Source: Myxococcota bacterium (GTDB taxonomy: Bacteria; Myxococcota_A; SURF-8). From it: a DNA stretch of 64,000 nt. The notes under the pieces were generated by a model. It saw only the letters and a list, made by a program, of their open reading frames with translations. It searched no databases and was not told where the DNA came from. The translations under genes were made by a program, and so were the position numbers. Shown in pieces: positions 61,065 to 64,000 of this stretch; within the stretch, counting starts at the first letter, position 1; every line of letters starts with the position of its first letter. The DNA is taken from NCBI GenBank assembly GCA_965140415.1, contig OZ223209.1, positions 2,016,001 through 2,080,000 on the forward strand, given 5' to 3'.

Positions 61065-61667
61065 CTACGGTTTAATGACCTTGCCTGCCTGGCTCAGGAT
61101 AGACAGAATATCGTACATGTTGGAAACTTTACCGCAGGCGCGTTCATCCATAAGGTTGTAGTAGTCCAGGCAGGTGCCGCAAACGATCACGGAAATTCCC
61201 TGTTGCTCCAACTCTGCCACCGCTTCGGCGGTTTTCGTACCTTTCTTCAAAAGCTGTACGCCGCGATGCATGAAAAGCAGGTGAGACGGGCGCGGGGTGA
61301 CGTCTTTGATCGTTTGCAGAAAGGTTTGCATCAATGCTTTACCGAAATCCTCTTCGCCGTCAACGCCGACGCGATTGGTGGAAACGTAAATGACGTGGGG
61401 AGCCGTGGTGCTGCAATAGCTTTCCGCCTGACCCGATTCCGCCTGGACGCCTTTGGTGATGGTCAGTGTCGTTACCGACCCCTCTTTTTCAAGTTTCACC
61501 TGGCCGCCCGATTCCTGCACGAAGGTCTCTACATTCTTGGCCGAGGTGTCATTATCGACCAGCACTTGCATCTGATCACCTTCTGCAAGTGGATCGAAAA
61601 CTTTCTTGGTCATGACCAACGGCACTGGACAGGTTTTTCCTTTTGCATCGACGATCGGTTTGGACAT
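61065..61667 (-). CDS. yedF: Sulfurtransferase-like selenium metabolism protein (TusA + DsrE domains)
   Basis: DAKGKTCPVP; CGTCLDYY..VSNMY; upstream of selD. Confidence 0.85.
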   Translation of the reverse strand: MSKPIVDAKGKTCPVPLVMTKKVFDPLAEGDQMQVLVDNDTSAKNVETFVQESGGQVKLEKEGSVTTLTITKGVQAESGQAESYCSTTAPHVIYVSTNRVGVDGEEDFGKALMQTFLQTIKDVTPRPSHLLFMHRGVQLLKKGTKTAEAVAELEQQGISVIVCGTCLDYYNLMDERACGKVSNMYDILSILSQAGKVIKP

Positions 61668-61703
61668 GGAGTACTTCCTTTCTAGGATTGACCTAAATAT
61701 GTT

Positions 61704-62135
61704 TTATTTTGATTGGTGCAGCAATTCCTGAGGCGGTTGATTGGGGACTTCGCCAAGAAAAATATTGGTGGCTGTGGCTATGGCGATGACTTCGCCTGTT
61801 TTCTCTCGAACGAGCCTGGTTTCAATCACGGCCTGGGTTTTACCGTATTTCACGACGTTTGCCGTACCCAGCAGAACATCTCCCGCCTTTGCGGGGCTGA
61901 GATAGTGGGTGGACATTTGCAGTGTGGTGGTCTGGCGATCCGGCACGGCGGAAACGACCGCCGGTCCGATGCAGTTGTCCAGCATTCCTGCTAAAAGGCC
62001 GCCCTGGATCAGGCCATAAGGGTTTTCCATTTGAGAATCGGGAGAAAATCGCACAACGGCACGACCGTCTGTTGCCTCGATCAGTTCCGCATGAAGAAAT
62101 TCAAAGCAGGGAGGCGGAAAAGTAGGAATTCGCAT
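61704..62135 (-). CDS. PaaI-family thioesterase
   Basis: NPYGLIQGG..MLD hot-dog fold motif. Confidence 0.85.
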   Translation of the reverse strand: MRIPTFPPPCFEFLHAELIEATDGRAVVRFSPDSQMENPYGLIQGGLLAGMLDNCIGPAVVSAVPDRQTTTLQMSTHYLSPAKAGDVLLGTANVVKYGKTQAVIETRLVREKTGEVIAIATATNIFLGEVPNQPPQELLHQSK

Positions 62136-62406
62136 GAGATGTCGATCCTTTCGATACTTGAATCAGGATGCACGCAAGAAGAATGAAGCTTATCGTAGTA
62201 AATTTCCGTCGTTTGTCAACTAAGTCTATCGATCTCATCAAACAATGATTGTGCTCGCTTTAGTGAACGGCAGGATTGGTTACAGTGAACGAAGAGTGAA
62301 AAATCGGACAAAGAAAAGTGTTTATAATTTTCAAAAAATTGATAAACTCCTCTGAATTGTGAAGGAGACTTTTTTACTACAACAACTAGGATCGCATTAC
62401 AGTACG

Positions 62407-62874
62407 ATGAAACAATGGCCTTCAATCATAGTCGATGTCCTCTACCTGTTTTGTGGAGCCTTGTGTTTTGCTGGCTTGGCCGCCCTTTATCTGATTCACC
62501 TGGATGTCTCCTGGTATAGTGTCGACCTTTACCTTTTTCCCGCGCTGATCGGGGTCATTATTGGAGGATTGTTTCGCATTGCAAGCATTCGACAAGCCCA
62601 TGAAGTGCAACTCCAGGCCAGCACGGATTTCAGCAGCAGGGATGTATTGACCTTGTGTGCGTCCTGCAAGAAAATCCGAATCGACCACGAGCATCCGTTA
62701 GACCCGAATTCCTGGCGTTCAATCGAATGGTATCTTTCCTACCTTACCGATCTGCCTTCCAGTCACGGGATCTGTCCCACCTGCGCGGATCGTCTTCTAG
62801 ATGAAATCGAACATGATCGAAGAACCGAACGTACTGAAACCAGTATCCGTCCGGGTGAAGGCAGTACGCACTGA
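62407..62874 (+). CDS. Two-TM protein with C-terminal CxxC...SHGICPxC domain
   Basis: Two hydrophobic helices; CASCKKIR..W..IE.YL..SHGICPTC. Confidence 0.7.
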   Translation: MKQWPSIIVDVLYLFCGALCFAGLAALYLIHLDVSWYSVDLYLFPALIGVIIGGLFRIASIRQAHEVQLQASTDFSSRDVLTLCASCKKIRIDHEHPLDPNSWRSIEWYLSYLTDLPSSHGICPTCADRLLDEIEHDRRTERTETSIRPGEGSTH

Positions 62875-62993
62875 CCTGAAGTACATAAGCAATCCAATTC
62901 GCTGCTTCCATATCCTCGTTTCCGGGTGTCTTCGTCTGCGTCTACCTATAAACTGAATGTGTGCTTTACTAGCTGTCGGGGAAGGTGCTAAAC

Positions 62994-63012
62994 TGTGTAG
63001 GTAAACTACACA
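62994..63012. promoter_or_regulatory. Inverted repeat in leader of the second TIGR02147-like gene
   Basis: TGTGTAG-N5-CTACACA centred 100 nt upstream of ATG 63103. Confidence 0.7.
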
Positions 63013-63102
63013 ATAATGTGAGAATTGTCAAACTTTGTTCTTGTAATAATTGAAAATCGGCAATACGATTTAGCTAGTGATAACAGAGCGAAAGAACGAG
63101 TT

Positions 63103-63969
63103 ATGCGTATAGGCAAGAAACTATTGAGTGTGTATGAGTTTACGGATTGCGTTGACTTCCTTCTTGCGACTTATCATGCTCGACACAACGAAGACCCGGA
63201 TTTCTCGTATCGCTACCTTCAAAAACGAGCGGGCTATTCAAGCAACAGCAATCATTTCTGGCAAATCCTGACGCGGCGCATGGAACTGAGTCAACAGGCC
63301 GCCAGGCGTTATGCCAAGGCCCTGGGGTTATCGGCACGTGAGCGGCAGTTCTTTGCGATCATGGCGTTGATGAACCAGGCCAAAACCGATGAAGACCGAA
63401 ACCAATACTACCAGCAGCTTAGACAATTTTCAGAGTTCAAGAACCGGGCGCATGGCGTGGACCTTCGTTATGAATACTACGAGAAGTGGTATTACCCGGC
63501 TTTACGCGCGCTGGTGACCTTGGATGGATTCAAGGAAGAAGCAGGCTGGATGGCGCGTCAGCTTTGCCCGGCGATTACCGCCAAGCAGGCTTCCGACGGG
63601 ATCGAGCGATTGTTGAAATGGGGGTTTCTCGTTCGGGACGAGCAAGGAAGATTGCAACAGGCGGACCCGTTTATTGGCAGTGTGGCTGATCGGGCCGATG
63701 ATGGCGTAGCGAAACTGGCGTTGCATAACTATCACAGGCGCATGATCGAATTGGGTTCGGAAGCCATCGAATCATTTTCCCAGAAGCAGCGCTATGTGGC
63801 GGGAGCGACTCTGGCGCTTTCGAAACGGCAGGTGGAAGAAATACGAAAAGTGACCGAGCGCTACCTTGAAGAAGTGAATGCCCTGGTGGCGGAAGAGGAG
63901 CCGATCGAAGCGGTGTATCGCTTGAATGTGCAACTTTTCCCGCTGGCTGGAATAAAGAAAACAAAATGA
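63103..63969 (+). CDS. TIGR02147/DUF4423-like protein, paralogue of 7810-8691
   Basis: FSYRYLQKRAGYS..NHFWQI, YYEKWYYPALRAL, DPFIG, YRLNVQLFPL. Confidence 0.85.
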   Translation: MRIGKKLLSVYEFTDCVDFLLATYHARHNEDPDFSYRYLQKRAGYSSNSNHFWQILTRRMELSQQAARRYAKALGLSARERQFFAIMALMNQAKTDEDRNQYYQQLRQFSEFKNRAHGVDLRYEYYEKWYYPALRALVTLDGFKEEAGWMARQLCPAITAKQASDGIERLLKWGFLVRDEQGRLQQADPFIGSVADRADDGVAKLALHNYHRRMIELGSEAIESFSQKQRYVAGATLALSKRQVEEIRKVTERYLEEVNALVAEEEPIEAVYRLNVQLFPLAGIKKTK

Positions 63970-64000
63970 AGACGAATTCGCCTATAATTCAATAGTAGTA

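Overview
Chromosomal window from a moderately GC-rich bacterium. The mfd-PPIase-PPIase-surA-pdxA order, hcp/Rrf2 and Cys/Asp-rich lipoproteins suggest a Deltaproteobacteria/Myxococcota-like lineage (inference). Housekeeping genes: gyrA, hflKC, tesB, rmuC, amtB plus a P-II gene, smpB, uvrA, pdxA, surA, mfd, trpS, trmL, sppA, HU, selD-yedF. Most notable accessory features: (1) two TIGR02147/DUF4423-like genes whose ~110-nt leaders align without gaps and begin with a 7-bp/5-nt-spacer inverted repeat showing three compensatory base changes, while a paralogue-specific leader segment recurs as its reverse complement just after the gene's own stop codon (clear for the first copy, weaker for the second); (2) an operon of three paralogous radical SAM enzymes with its own sigma70 promoter and no obvious precursor peptide; (3) a surface-protein region with three paralogous lipoproteins of an uncharacterised enzyme-like family, a DGD-repeat lipoprotein and a tail-fibre-like repeat protein; (4) an Rrf2-hcp cluster with a repeated candidate operator. 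I saw no rRNA, tRNA, tmRNA, CRISPR array or transposase. All calls are from reading motifs by eye; no searches were run.
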